DNA of 64,000 nucleotides, from the NCBI GenBank assembly GCA_004366205.1, contig SIRW01000094.1:492-64491 (forward strand). Direction: 5' to 3'. Positions 19,627 to 28,606 of this stretch are shown here, piece by piece (the stretch's first letter is position 1; each line of letters opens with the position of its first letter). This DNA is from Actinomycetota bacterium. Its GTDB lineage: Bacteria; Actinomycetota; Acidimicrobiia; Acidimicrobiales; CADCSY01. The notes under the pieces were generated by a model, which saw only the letters and a program-made list of their open reading frames with translations, was not told the DNA's origin and did no database searches. A program made the translations under genes and the position numbers.

Positions 19627-20211
19627 TCACCAACCTCCGAGGGATCGCTCGTGGATTCTGTGGTCGCCGGTCAGCTCCGGGTGGAACGCCGCGACCGTGA
19701 TGCTGCCCTGGCGGCACAGGACGGGACGACCGTCGAGCGTCGCCAGCACGTCGACGCCGGGCCCGGCCCGCTCGACGACCGGTGCCCGGATGAACACGGC
19801 GGGGAACGGTCCGCCCTCGAGTCCGGCCACGTCGAGATCGGCCTCGAAGGAGTCGCGCTGGCGGCCGAAGGCGTTGCGCCGCACGGTGACGTCGATGCCG
19901 CCCAGGCCCTGCTGGTCGGCGCGGCCGTCGAGGACCTCGGCGGCGAGCAGGATCATCCCCGCGCACGTGCCGAGCACCGGGATGCCCGAGGCCACGGCCT
20001 CGACGAGCGGGTCCCGCAGCCCAGCCGAGTCGAGCAGCATCGACATCGTGGTCGACTCGCCGCCGGGCAGGATGAGGGCGTCGACCCCCGACAGGGCACC
20101 CGGGGTGCGGACCTCGACGGGCTGCGCGCCGAGCTCAGCGACGGCCTGGGCGTGCTCCCGGACGTCGCCCTGGACGGCGACGATGCCGACCTTGCGACCG
20201 GGCGCGCCCAC
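19627..20211 (-). CDS. pdxT: pyridoxal 5'-phosphate synthase glutaminase subunit PdxT
   Basis: 194 aa with VGIVAVQGDVREH and LILPGGESTTM. Adjacent to pdxS. Confidence 0.92.
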   Translation of the reverse strand: MGAPGRKVGIVAVQGDVREHAQAVAELGAQPVEVRTPGALSGVDALILPGGESTTMSMLLDSAGLRDPLVEAVASGIPVLGTCAGMILLAAEVLDGRADQQGLGGIDVTVRRNAFGRQRDSFEADLDVAGLEGGPFPAVFIRAPVVERAGPGVDVLATLDGRPVLCRQGSITVAAFHPELTGDHRIHERSLGGW

Positions 20212-20232
20212 CTGGAGGCACCGCCTGCACGC

Positions 20233-21144
20233 TCACCAGCCCCGCTCGGCCAGGCGGGTGTCGAGCTGGCCCACCTCGAGACCGGGCATGGCCTCCCCGA
20301 GGCCCCGGCTGACCTTGACGAGGATCTCGGGGTCGCGGTAGTGGGTCGTGGCCTCGACGATGGCCCGGGCCCGCTGGGCGGGGTTCTCGCTCTTGAAGAT
20401 GCCCGAGCCCACGAACACGGCCTCGGCGCCGAGCTGCATGACGAGCGAGGCGTCGGCGGGGGTGGCGATGCCACCGGCGCAGAACAGCGGCACCGGCAGG
20501 CGCCCGGTCTCGCCGATCTCCTGCACGAGCGGCAGGGGCGCCTGGAGCCGCTTCGCCCAGTCGAACCGCTCGGCCTCGTCGGCGACGCCGATCTTGCGCA
20601 GGTCCCCGAGGATCGAGCGCAGGTGGCGGACGGCCTCGACGATGTTGCCGGTGCCCGCCTCGCCCTTGGAGCGGATCATCGCCGCGCCCTCGGCGATGCG
20701 GCGGAGGGCCTCGCCCAGGTTGGTGGCGCCGCACACGAACGGGACCGTGAAGGCCCACTTGTCGATGTGGTGCGCTTCGTCGGCGGGGGTGAGCACCTCG
20801 CTCTCGTCGACGAAGTCGACGCCCATCGCCTCCAGCATCTGGGCCTCGGCGAAGTGGCCGATGCGGGCCTTGGCCATGACCGGGATCGTGACCGCGCCCT
20901 TGATGCCCTCGATCATCGCGGGGTCGCTCATGCGGGCCACGCCACCGTCGCGGCGGATGTCGGCGGGCACCCGCTCGAGCGCCATGACGGCAACGGCGCC
21001 GGCGTCCTCGGCGATGCGGGCCTGCTCGGGGGTGACGACGTCCATGATCACGCCGCCGCGGAGCATCTCGGCGAGCCCCCGCTTCACGCGGGTGGTGCCG
21101 GTGGACCGCTCGGGCGACGGGCTGGTGGTGGGCTGGTCGGCCAT
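20233..21144 (-). CDS. pdxS: pyridoxal 5'-phosphate synthase lyase subunit PdxS
   Basis: 303 aa with [35 protein letters not shown]. Confidence 0.95.
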   Translation of the reverse strand: MADQPTTSPSPERSTGTTRVKRGLAEMLRGGVIMDVVTPEQARIAEDAGAVAVMALERVPADIRRDGGVARMSDPAMIEGIKGAVTIPVMAKARIGHFAEAQMLEAMGVDFVDESEVLTPADEAHHIDKWAFTVPFVCGATNLGEALRRIAEGAAMIRSKGEAGTGNIVEAVRHLRSILGDLRKIGVADEAERFDWAKRLQAPLPLVQEIGETGRLPVPLFCAGGIATPADASLVMQLGAEAVFVGSGIFKSENPAQRARAIVEATTHYRDPEILVKVSRGLGEAMPGLEVGQLDTRLAERGW

Positions 21145-21167
21145 GGCGCCAGTCTACGACCGGCTGC

Positions 21168-22226
21168 TCAGGACGGGTCCGGGGTTGCGCCCAGGACCGT
21201 CGCCGAGCCCGGCCGGGGCAGGGCGATCCAGGTGCGCCCGGGGGTGAGGCTGACGGGGCGGCCGTCGGCGTCGAGGTAGCGGGTGACCTCCGACGCCGCG
21301 CCCCGCTGCCAGCGACCCCGGATGAGCCGGCCGTCGGTGAAGATCCACGCCTCGCCCTCGCCGACGAGGACGGCCTCGGGGACGGGGGCTCCGGCCGAGT
21401 CGACGATGGCGGTGTTCACGTAGTCCACGAACTGCACGATCACGTTCTGGGGCGCGACCCGCTCGCCCGACTCGTCGACGTGCGGGGTGCCCGCCTGGGT
21501 GCGGGCCCACCCCCGTTCGCCGCGGTCCCAGGCGTACTCGACCACGAGCCCCACGGAGCCGCCGTAGTTGATGCGCACGCCCGCCACCGGCTCGGCGTCG
21601 AGGGGTGGCAGGGCGTCCTCGGAGCGGAAGTGGAACAGGCGGGGCGGCGGGGCGGCGTCGTCGGGCGTGTGGCGCCGGAGGGCGTCGGTGGTGCTGTAGA
21701 GGTTGTTGGGCGCCCGCCGGCCCGGCCGGCGCTGGTACTCGCCCGAGCGGGCGTCGAAGCCGACGTCGACCAGCGGGGCCCGGCGCACCTCGGCGGCGGT
21801 CTGGGCGTTGGAGCCCGACCAGGCGAACAGCGGCCGGTTCAGCGGGGCGAGGATGCTGATGTCGGTCCCCCGGGCCGAGCGGATCGGACCGACGGGGTCG
21901 GCGTCGGCGGCGTGGAACAGGGCGACGAACCGGGTGGCGCCGCCCTCGACGATCTCCTCGTAGACGACGTCGGCGACGGCGATGCCGGACTGCGGGCGGG
22001 CGTCGCGGTTGTGGTTGTCGATCTTGACCGCGAGCACCGGTCGGTCCCGCCGTTCCGGGTCGTCGACGGCGAGGTTGGTGAGCGTCGCCCGGGGTGGCTC
22101 GGTCGTGGTCGTGGGCGGGTCCCAGGCCGGCAGCTCGGGGCCGGAGGCGTCAGCCCCGTCATCGCCCCCGCAGGCGGCGGCGACGAGCAGCACGGCGAGC
22201 GCGAGTGCGGTGAGGCGGTGCGTCAT
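21168..22226 (-). CDS. DUF3048-family lipoprotein (YerB-like)
   Basis: Lipobox LVAAAC after MTHRLTALALAVL (ATG 22226). VLAVKIDNHNRDARPQSGIAVADVVYEEIVEGGATRF matches my memory of DUF3048. Confidence 0.75.
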   Translation of the reverse strand: MTHRLTALALAVLLVAAACGGDDGADASGPELPAWDPPTTTTEPPRATLTNLAVDDPERRDRPVLAVKIDNHNRDARPQSGIAVADVVYEEIVEGGATRFVALFHAADADPVGPIRSARGTDISILAPLNRPLFAWSGSNAQTAAEVRRAPLVDVGFDARSGEYQRRPGRRAPNNLYSTTDALRRHTPDDAAPPPRLFHFRSEDALPPLDAEPVAGVRINYGGSVGLVVEYAWDRGERGWARTQAGTPHVDESGERVAPQNVIVQFVDYVNTAIVDSAGAPVPEAVLVGEGEAWIFTDGRLIRGRWQRGAASEVTRYLDADGRPVSLTPGRTWIALPRPGSATVLGATPDPS

Positions 22227-22236
22227 GGTGGTCCGA

Positions 22237-23085
22237 TCAGAGCTCACGGAGCGCGGCGATGCGCTCCTCGAGGGGGGGATGGGTGTCGAAGAGGCGTTCG
22301 AGCCGCTCCGCGCCGACCTGCCGCCGGCGGAGCTGCGCTGCCGGTGACTCGAGCCACAGGTGGGCCGTCGCCGGCGTGGTCGATCGTACCACCGCGGGGT
22401 CGTCCCGCAGCTTCTCCAACGCGGCGATCAGGCCCGGCGGGTACCGGGTGAGCGAGACCGCCGTGACGTCGGCGAGCGACTCCCGGCGCCGGCTGACGGC
22501 GGCCTGCATGGCCCGACCGGCGAGCGGGGCCAGCACCATCACCAGCAGCCCGACCACGAGGAGCACGGCCCCGGCCGGCCCGCTCTGGCGGCCACCGCCC
22601 CGGCGACCGCCGCCCCACCACAGGGCCCGCCGGCTCATGTCGGCGAGCAGCACGACGGAGCCGACCAGGGTCACGGCGAGCGTCGAGACGAGGATGTCGT
22701 AGTTCTTCACGTGGGCCAGCTCGTGGGCGAGCACGCCCTCGAGCTCGACCCGGTTCATCTTCTCGAGCAGCCCGGTCGTGACCGCGACCGCCGCGTGGCG
22801 CGGGTTGCGGCCGGTCGCGAAGGCGTTCGGCGCCGGGTCGTCGATGACGTAGAGCCGGGGTTTGGGCAGGCCGCTGGCGATGCAGAGACCCTCGACCAGG
22901 TTGTGCAGCCGGGCGTGCTCCCGGGGGTCCGCGGGGCGGGCCCGGCTCACCCGCAGGGCGACGGCGTCGCTCTTCCAGTAGCCGGCGAAGGCCATGGCCC
23001 CGGCGACCAGGAGCGCGACCACGAGACCGAACGGGCCGCCGCCGAGCAGCAGGCCGAAGGCCCAGCCGACGAGCGTGACGAGCAC
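22237..23085 (-). CDS. htpX: M48-family zinc metalloprotease HtpX
   Basis: HELAHVKNYD zinc motif and TM helices. The nearest canonical start is GTG 23085, but HtpX-like residues (LYDQISTNKRRSALLLAGFV) continue upstream in frame (see findings). Confidence 0.88.
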   Translation of the reverse strand: MLVTLVGWAFGLLLGGGPFGLVVALLVAGAMAFAGYWKSDAVALRVSRARPADPREHARLHNLVEGLCIASGLPKPRLYVIDDPAPNAFATGRNPRHAAVAVTTGLLEKMNRVELEGVLAHELAHVKNYDILVSTLAVTLVGSVVLLADMSRRALWWGGGRRGGGRQSGPAGAVLLVVGLLVMVLAPLAGRAMQAAVSRRRESLADVTAVSLTRYPPGLIAALEKLRDDPAVVRSTTPATAHLWLESPAAQLRRRQVGAERLERLFDTHPPLEERIAALREL

Positions 23086-23179
23086 GACGAACCCGGCGAG
23101 CAGCAGGGCGGAGCGGCGCTTGTTGGTGCTGATCTGGTCGTACAGGGCGGGCTCGGTGGGACGCGGTGGGCGGACGGGC

Positions 23180-23731
23180 TCAGAACTGGACCTGCACGGG
23201 ACCCCGTGAGGTGTCGTCGGTCTCGAAGTACTCCCGCGGCCCGAAGCCGAGGGCGCCGGCGAGGAGCACGGCCGGGAACGACTGGATGGCGGTGTTGTAG
23301 CGGAAGACGCTGTCGTTGTAGAACTGCCGGGCGTAGGCGATGCGACCCTCGGTGGCCGACAGCTCCTCCTGCAGGGAGACGAAGCTCGTGTTGGCCTTGA
23401 GGTCGGGGTACGACTCGCTCAGGGCGAACAGCCCCCGCAGGGCCTGGGTGATCATGTTCTCGGCCCTGGCCTGCTCGGCGACGCCCTGAGCCTGGATGCC
23501 GGCGTTGCGGGCCTGGATCACCTGCTCGAGCGTGGTCTGCTCGTGGGTGGCGTAGCCCTTCACGGTCTCGACCAGGTTGGGGATCAGGTCGTAGCGACGG
23601 CGCAGCTGCACGTCGATCTGGGCCCAGGCGTTCTCGATGCGGTTCCGCAGCTTGACCAGGCGGTTGTAGAGCGCCACCAGCGAGACGGCGAGCAGCGCGA
23701 CGACGCCGAGCAGGATCCAGAGTGCGGTCAC
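23180..23731 (-). CDS. lemA: LemA family protein
   Basis: 183 aa, N-terminal TM helix then YNRLVKLRNRIENAWAQIDVQLRRRYDLIPNLVETVKGYATHE. Classic lemA-htpX pairing. Confidence 0.92.
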   Translation of the reverse strand: MTALWILLGVVALLAVSLVALYNRLVKLRNRIENAWAQIDVQLRRRYDLIPNLVETVKGYATHEQTTLEQVIQARNAGIQAQGVAEQARAENMITQALRGLFALSESYPDLKANTSFVSLQEELSATEGRIAYARQFYNDSVFRYNTAIQSFPAVLLAGALGFGPREYFETDDTSRGPVQVQF

Positions 23732-23830
23732 CGAGAGCTCCGGGAGCGGGGGCGGACAACAGGAGTGTACCGGCCGCCCCCGCCGCGTCGGTCCATGGTC
23801 ACATCTCGCACCCGACGCCGCCGTCCACAG

Positions 23831-23844
23831 GATGACTAGTCATC
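23831..23844. promoter_or_regulatory. perfect 14-nt palindrome GATGACTAGTCATC in the divergent lemA / LPXTG-gene intergenic region (candidate operator)
   Basis: Read directly. It sits in a locally AT-richer 210-nt divergent intergenic region. Confidence 0.3.
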
Positions 23845-23942
23845 GGTACCCGCCCAAATGGTCGGAACGGGCCATGGCGCCAGGTCCCTTCGGTGCCCAA
23901 AGTACGCAATGAACCACAGTTGAACCCTTGGGGAGTGCACAC

Positions 23943-25661
23943 ATGCGTAGGACCCGGTTGCTGGGGGTCGTTGCGGCGCTCGCGCTCGTAGCGGCACCTC
24001 TCGGACTCACCGCCTCGGCCGACGAGCCCGAGGACGGCATGGGGACGGCGAACGTCTCCCTCACCACCCTCGGCGCACAGGTGGGCGACCTGCTGTCGCT
24101 GCGCCTGCTCGGTGACGACCTGGTGTCGACGATCGACCCCGCCGTGAGCGCGCCCCGCGCCCTGGCGTCGGTCAGCCCGCTCGAGATCTCCTCGGTGCTC
24201 GAGGCCCTGAACGCCCTGGCCGTGCCACCGGTGGAGGTCTCCAGCACCGGCGGGGAGTCGGCCGAGACCACCGACGCCGTGAACCTGACCTCGCCGCTCA
24301 GCACCGGCCAGATCCTCCCCGCCGGCCTGACCGCGGTCGTGGACGACCTGGGCGCCCGGGGCGGCCTCACCGCCGGGCTGGCGAACCTCGGCCTGGTCGC
24401 CGGCCTCCTCTCGGTCGACAGCGTCTCGCTGAACGGCGCCACCGACGCCGCCAGCGCCGCCACCGAGGCCGTGCAGGGCGTGACCGTCGACGCCGTCACC
24501 GTGCTCGACCTGAGCGCCCTGCTCTCCATGCTCGGCATCTCGCTCACCGACCTGCCCCTCGACGTGGTGACCGACCTGCTCGGCGAGCTCGGCATCGACC
24601 TCGACGGCGTCGTCGGCGACCTCAGCTCGACGGTCGAGGCGCTGCAGGCCACCCTCGACGAGCTCGTGGGTGTCACCGGCACGATCACCGCCGAGCTGTG
24701 CCAGACCCTCGACGGCGTCGTCGGCGGGATCCTCGACCCGATCGTCAACCCCGGTGGCGGCGGCACGCTCCCCGGCCTCGACGACATCATCGGCGGCCTC
24801 GGCGGCACCCTCGGCTTCAGCGCCGCCCAGACCGTGAGCTGCACCGAGCTCGTCGGCCAGACGGTGGACACGCTCCGTCAGCTGATCCGGACCGACCTGC
24901 TCGGCCTGTTGCAGGACGCCCTGGCCGTCCTCAACGGCGCCGCCCTGCTGGCGGTCGACGGGGTCACCGCCGAGCTGGTCGCCACCGCCACCGACTCGGT
25001 CGACACCTCCGTCGCCGGCATCACCGCCGCCATCGGCGACATCCACGTGGGCGAGCTGACCCTCGCCGGTCTCGACCTCGGCGCCACGCTGGGCCAGGTC
25101 AACGCCCTGGTGAACGACGTGGTCGGTCTGGTGGACGGCGTGCTCGGCACGATCTCCCCGGCGCTGCAGGGCGTCGTCGACGTCGACGTCCTCGACCAGG
25201 TCACCTCGGTCACCGAGGCCGACGGCTACGTGAACGCCTCGGCGGTGCTGACGGCGCTGCGGGCGACGGTGACCCCGCCCGACCTCGACGCCCTCCTGGG
25301 TGGCCTGGGCATCGCCTCGGCCCACGACACCATCGGCGGGCTGATCGGCGAGCTCGGCGGCACCGTGCCGGTGCTCGACCCGCTCGTGGCCCAGCTGACC
25401 AGCCTGCTCGGCGTCGACCTCCTCGGCGCCCTCGGCCCGGTGGTGCTCGAGGTGGCCAGCGTGTCGACCTCGGCGAACCACACCACGGTCGCCGCCCAGG
25501 CGCCCGGCGGGCCGGGCGCCCCCGGTTCACCTACGCCGGTCACCGAGCTGCCCCGCACGGGCACGCCGGCCGCGGCCGCCATGCTCCTCGGCTTCGTCCT
25601 CCTCGCCGGGGCGCTCGGCACCCGTCGCTGGCTCCGCACCGGAAGCAGCCCCAGCGCGTAG
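23943..25661 (+). CDS. LPXTG-anchored cell-surface protein, acidic, low complexity (L/G/D/V/T/A-rich)
   Basis: Signal peptide MRRTRLLGVVAALALVAAPLGLTASA, with GGGGAG about 8 nt upstream of ATG 23943. C-terminal sorting signal LPRTG + hydrophobic helix + RRWLR tail. Confidence 0.85.
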   Translation: MRRTRLLGVVAALALVAAPLGLTASADEPEDGMGTANVSLTTLGAQVGDLLSLRLLGDDLVSTIDPAVSAPRALASVSPLEISSVLEALNALAVPPVEVSSTGGESAETTDAVNLTSPLSTGQILPAGLTAVVDDLGARGGLTAGLANLGLVAGLLSVDSVSLNGATDAASAATEAVQGVTVDAVTVLDLSALLSMLGISLTDLPLDVVTDLLGELGIDLDGVVGDLSSTVEALQATLDELVGVTGTITAELCQTLDGVVGGILDPIVNPGGGGTLPGLDDIIGGLGGTLGFSAAQTVSCTELVGQTVDTLRQLIRTDLLGLLQDALAVLNGAALLAVDGVTAELVATATDSVDTSVAGITAAIGDIHVGELTLAGLDLGATLGQVNALVNDVVGLVDGVLGTISPALQGVVDVDVLDQVTSVTEADGYVNASAVLTALRATVTPPDLDALLGGLGIASAHDTIGGLIGELGGTVPVLDPLVAQLTSLLGVDLLGALGPVVLEVASVSTSANHTTVAAQAPGGPGAPGSPTPVTELPRTGTPAAAAMLLGFVLLAGALGTRRWLRTGSSPSA

Positions 25662-25699
25662 CGACCCGTCGCTGCGTCGACACAGCACGCGGACCAGCA

Positions 25700-25729
25700 G
25701 GGAGGGCCCCCACCGGAGGGGGCCCTCCC
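25700..25729. terminator. bidirectional intrinsic-terminator-like hairpin between convergent genes
   Basis: GGGAGGGCCCCC-accgga-GGGGGCCCTCCC: perfect 12-bp GC stem with a 6-nt loop and no U-tract, which is common in high-GC actinobacteria. Confidence 0.6.
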
Positions 25730-25760
25730 TCGCGTCCGGGGTCCGATCCGGGCGGCGCTG

Positions 25761-26828
25761 TCAGACGAGCCGGGCGTAGAGCTCGACGTAGCGCTCGGCG
25801 AGCCGGTCCATCGACAGCTCCTGGGCCCGGGCGCGGCCCGCCTCGACCAGGCGCTCCGCGAGCGACGCCGACTCGAGCACCCGGCGGATGGCGGCGGCGA
25901 GGGCGGTGTCGTCACCGGGCGGGACCAGCAGGGCGTCGTGGTCGTTCGTCGCCACGTTGCGGTACCCGGCGAGGTCGCTGGCGACCACCGGCGTGCCGGC
26001 GGCCATCGCCTCGAGGAGGATCACCCCGAAGGACTCCCCGTGCAGCGACGGCGCGCAGAACACGTCGGCGCCCCGCATGCGGGCGGCCCGCTCGTCGTCG
26101 CTGACGCGTCCCAGCCACTCGATGCGGGGGTCCCCGTCGGTGGTGGCCCGCAGCTCGGGCGTCTGGGGGCCGTCGCCCGCCACCCACAGCCGCACATCCG
26201 GCGGCAGCCGCCGCACGGCGGCGATGAGCACATCGAGGCCCTTGCGGGGCTCGTGCCGGCCCAGGAAGAAGATCGTGGGCGCCTCGGTGGGGTGCGGGGT
26301 CGCCTTGGAGAACGGCTCGACGTCGATCCCGTTGAACAGCAGCTCGTAGTCGCCGCCGAGGTGCTCGTGCGCGAGGTCCCGGGCGTCCGGCGACACGGCG
26401 ACCCGCACGTCGATGCGCCGGGCGAGCCGGCGGGCGATCGGTGCCACGTAGCGGTACGGCGTGGCCGTCCCGGCGGCGTGGAACGTGCCGACGACCGGTG
26501 CGGGCGCGAGCAGGAGGCTGGTGAGCGTCGGGCCCGGCACCAACGGCTCGTGGAGGTGCAGCACGTCGAAGCCCTCGTCGTGCAGCGCCCGGATCGTGCG
26601 CAGCGCGCAGGACGGGTCGGGCGCGATGGGCGCCACCGAGCCGTTGGACGCGAGGGGGATGCTGGCGCCCAGGGGGGTCACGGCGGCATCGGGGGGCGGC
26701 CCGTCGGCGGGGGCGAGCACCCGCGCCTCGAGCCCGAGCGCCCGCAGCGACCGGGCGAGGCCGAGGACCTGGCCCTGCACGCCACCGGGGACGGTGACGC
26801 TGTACGGGCACACGATGCCGATGCGCAC
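25761..26828 (-). CDS. pimA: GDP-mannose-dependent phosphatidylinositol alpha-mannosyltransferase (GT4)
   Basis: VRIGIVCPYSVTVPGGVQGQVLGLA... aligns by eye along its length with M. tuberculosis PimA (MRIGMVCPYSFDVPGGVQSHV...). It lies in the conserved pgsA1-acyltransferase-pimA order. Start is GTG 26828 or TTG 26843. Confidence 0.88.
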   Translation of the reverse strand: MRIGIVCPYSVTVPGGVQGQVLGLARSLRALGLEARVLAPADGPPPDAAVTPLGASIPLASNGSVAPIAPDPSCALRTIRALHDEGFDVLHLHEPLVPGPTLTSLLLAPAPVVGTFHAAGTATPYRYVAPIARRLARRIDVRVAVSPDARDLAHEHLGGDYELLFNGIDVEPFSKATPHPTEAPTIFFLGRHEPRKGLDVLIAAVRRLPPDVRLWVAGDGPQTPELRATTDGDPRIEWLGRVSDDERAARMRGADVFCAPSLHGESFGVILLEAMAAGTPVVASDLAGYRNVATNDHDALLVPPGDDTALAAAIRRVLESASLAERLVEAGRARAQELSMDRLAERYVELYARLV

Positions 26829-26901
26829 GACCTCACCGTACAACCGCGTCCCCTCGCCCCGAGGACCCGCACGGGGACCGGGCCAGATGGGCGGGTGGCC
26901 G

Positions 26902-27810
26902 CTACCCGGCGTCGAGGTCCGAGGGCCAGTTGGGCTGCAGCAGGTGCCACTGCTCGGGAGCGGCCCGGATCAGGGACTCGAGCTCGTGGGCGAGCAGCTG
27001 GGTGATGCGGGCGATGTCGTCGCGCAGCCGGCCATGGCGCTCGACCGGCACCGGGGGGCGCACGACGCCGTGATGGCCGCCACCGGGCCGGAAGTACACG
27101 GCCGTGGGGAGCAGCGGGGCACCGGTCCGCAGCGCGAGGGTCGCGGGGCCGGGGGGCAAGGTCGTGCGCTCGCCGAACAGCTCGACCTCCACCCCCCCGC
27201 CCTGGATGTCGCGATCCGAGAGCAGGCCGACGACCTCGTTCGCCCGCAGGGCACGCAGCACCGCCGACCCGGCCTCGGGACCGAGCGGGACGACGGTCAT
27301 GCCGAGCGCGCGCCGGAACTCGGCGAACCACTCGAACAGCGCTCGGGGCTCGAGGGGCTCGACGACGACGGTGATCGGGTAGCCCCGGCGGGCGAGCCAC
27401 ACGCCGCCGAAGTCCCACCCGCCGAGGTGGGGCAGGGCGCAGATGGCGCCGTTGCCTGCGGCGAGGGCGGCGTCGAGCACGTCCAGGCCCTCGGTGGTCA
27501 TGGCGGCGTCGATCGCCTCGGGCGCCAGCGCGGGCAGCCGGAACGACTCGACCCAGTAGCGTCCGTAGGACTCGAGCGAGGCTCGCACGGCCTGCCGCAG
27601 CGCCCGACCCGAGAGACCAGGGCCGTGCACCCGCCGCAGGTGCCGTTCGAGCATGCGCCGGCGGCCCGGTGACACCCGGCCCAGCGCGGCGCCCAGGGCG
27701 CGCCCCGTGGGGGCCACGGCGCGCCGGGGTAGGGCCTGCACCGCCCGGGCGCCGCCCTTGTAGGCGGCCACGACGGCACGGTCCGCGACCCTCCGCCGGC
27801 GCGACGTCAT
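26902..27810 (-). CDS. phosphatidylinositol mannoside acyltransferase (HtrB/LpxL-like, Rv2611c-type)
   Basis: MTSRRRRVADRAVVAAYKGG... from ATG 27810, with the lysophospholipid acyltransferase HX4D region (ALPHLGGWD). Sits between pgsA1 and pimA. Confidence 0.8.
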   Translation of the reverse strand: MTSRRRRVADRAVVAAYKGGARAVQALPRRAVAPTGRALGAALGRVSPGRRRMLERHLRRVHGPGLSGRALRQAVRASLESYGRYWVESFRLPALAPEAIDAAMTTEGLDVLDAALAAGNGAICALPHLGGWDFGGVWLARRGYPITVVVEPLEPRALFEWFAEFRRALGMTVVPLGPEAGSAVLRALRANEVVGLLSDRDIQGGGVEVELFGERTTLPPGPATLALRTGAPLLPTAVYFRPGGGHHGVVRPPVPVERHGRLRDDIARITQLLAHELESLIRAAPEQWHLLQPNWPSDLDAG

Positions 27811-27821
27811 CGGCGGTGCGG

Positions 27822-28496
27822 TCAGCGGCGACGGGAGCGGACGCGACGACGGCGGGCGCGCTCGGTGACCCGGGCCACCCGGCGTGCCCGCCAGCGACCG
27901 GTGCCCATGACGGGGCCGGGCGCCGAAGCCTGCCGCCACACACCGGCGAAGCGCTGCACGGCGGTCACACACGTGAGGGCGAGCATCAGCCAGAGGATCG
28001 GGACCAGCAGCGTCTCGAACAGCAGGCCGAGCCCGAGCATGACGAGGCGCTCGGCCCGCTCCATGAGCCCGCCCCGGGCCGAGAACCCGAGCGACTCGGC
28101 CTTGGCCCGCTCGTAGGAGATCAGCATGCTGGCGGCCAGGACCACCAGCGGCAGGACCGCCACCCGGCCCCCGTCGCCCGCGAGGTACCACGCCACCCCG
28201 CCCAGCAGGAGGGCGTCGGTGACCCGGTCGACGACCGAGTCGAAGAACGCGCCCCGGGGCGAGGCCGTGCCCGACGCCTTGGCCACGGCCCCGTCGAGCA
28301 GGTCGGGCAGGGCGGTCAGGGCGAGGAGCAGCAGGCCGAGCTGGAACGCGCCGTTGGCGATGGCCACGGCAGCGGCGACCGCCATGACGAGGCCCGCGAG
28401 CGTGAGGTGGTCAGCGGTGATGCCGGTGCGCCGGATGCTCGAGCCGACGGGTCGCAGACCCCGCTCGACGCTCGCGCGCAGACGTCGATCGAGCAC
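27822..28496 (-). CDS. pgsA: CDP-alcohol phosphatidyltransferase (phosphatidylinositol-phosphate synthase type)
   Basis: 224 aa, multi-TM, with the motif DLLDGAVAKASGTASPRGAFFDSVVDRVTD (D-G-x2-A-x8-G-x3-D-x3-D). Confidence 0.88.
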   Translation of the reverse strand: MLDRRLRASVERGLRPVGSSIRRTGITADHLTLAGLVMAVAAAVAIANGAFQLGLLLLALTALPDLLDGAVAKASGTASPRGAFFDSVVDRVTDALLLGGVAWYLAGDGGRVAVLPLVVLAASMLISYERAKAESLGFSARGGLMERAERLVMLGLGLLFETLLVPILWLMLALTCVTAVQRFAGVWRQASAPGPVMGTGRWRARRVARVTERARRRRVRSRRR

Positions 28497-28606
28497 GGGC
28501 GAAGGGTACCAGCGGCCACCCCGGACGAGCGCGTTGGGGCCCCCGGCGGGGCGCGGCCCGTCCCGTTAGTCTCGCGTCGAGCACCCGAGACACGAGCGAG
28601 GCGCCC

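Noticed and set aside
28567-28572. Shared motif TAGTCTCG upstream of EF-G2 (28567) and of the Dpp operon (50410) as a -10 promoter element
   Set aside because: It fits the actinobacterial TANNNT -10 pattern and sits at plausible distances (35 and 75 nt from the starts). However, there are only two occurrences, no -35 support and no TSS data, so it is not reported as a feature.
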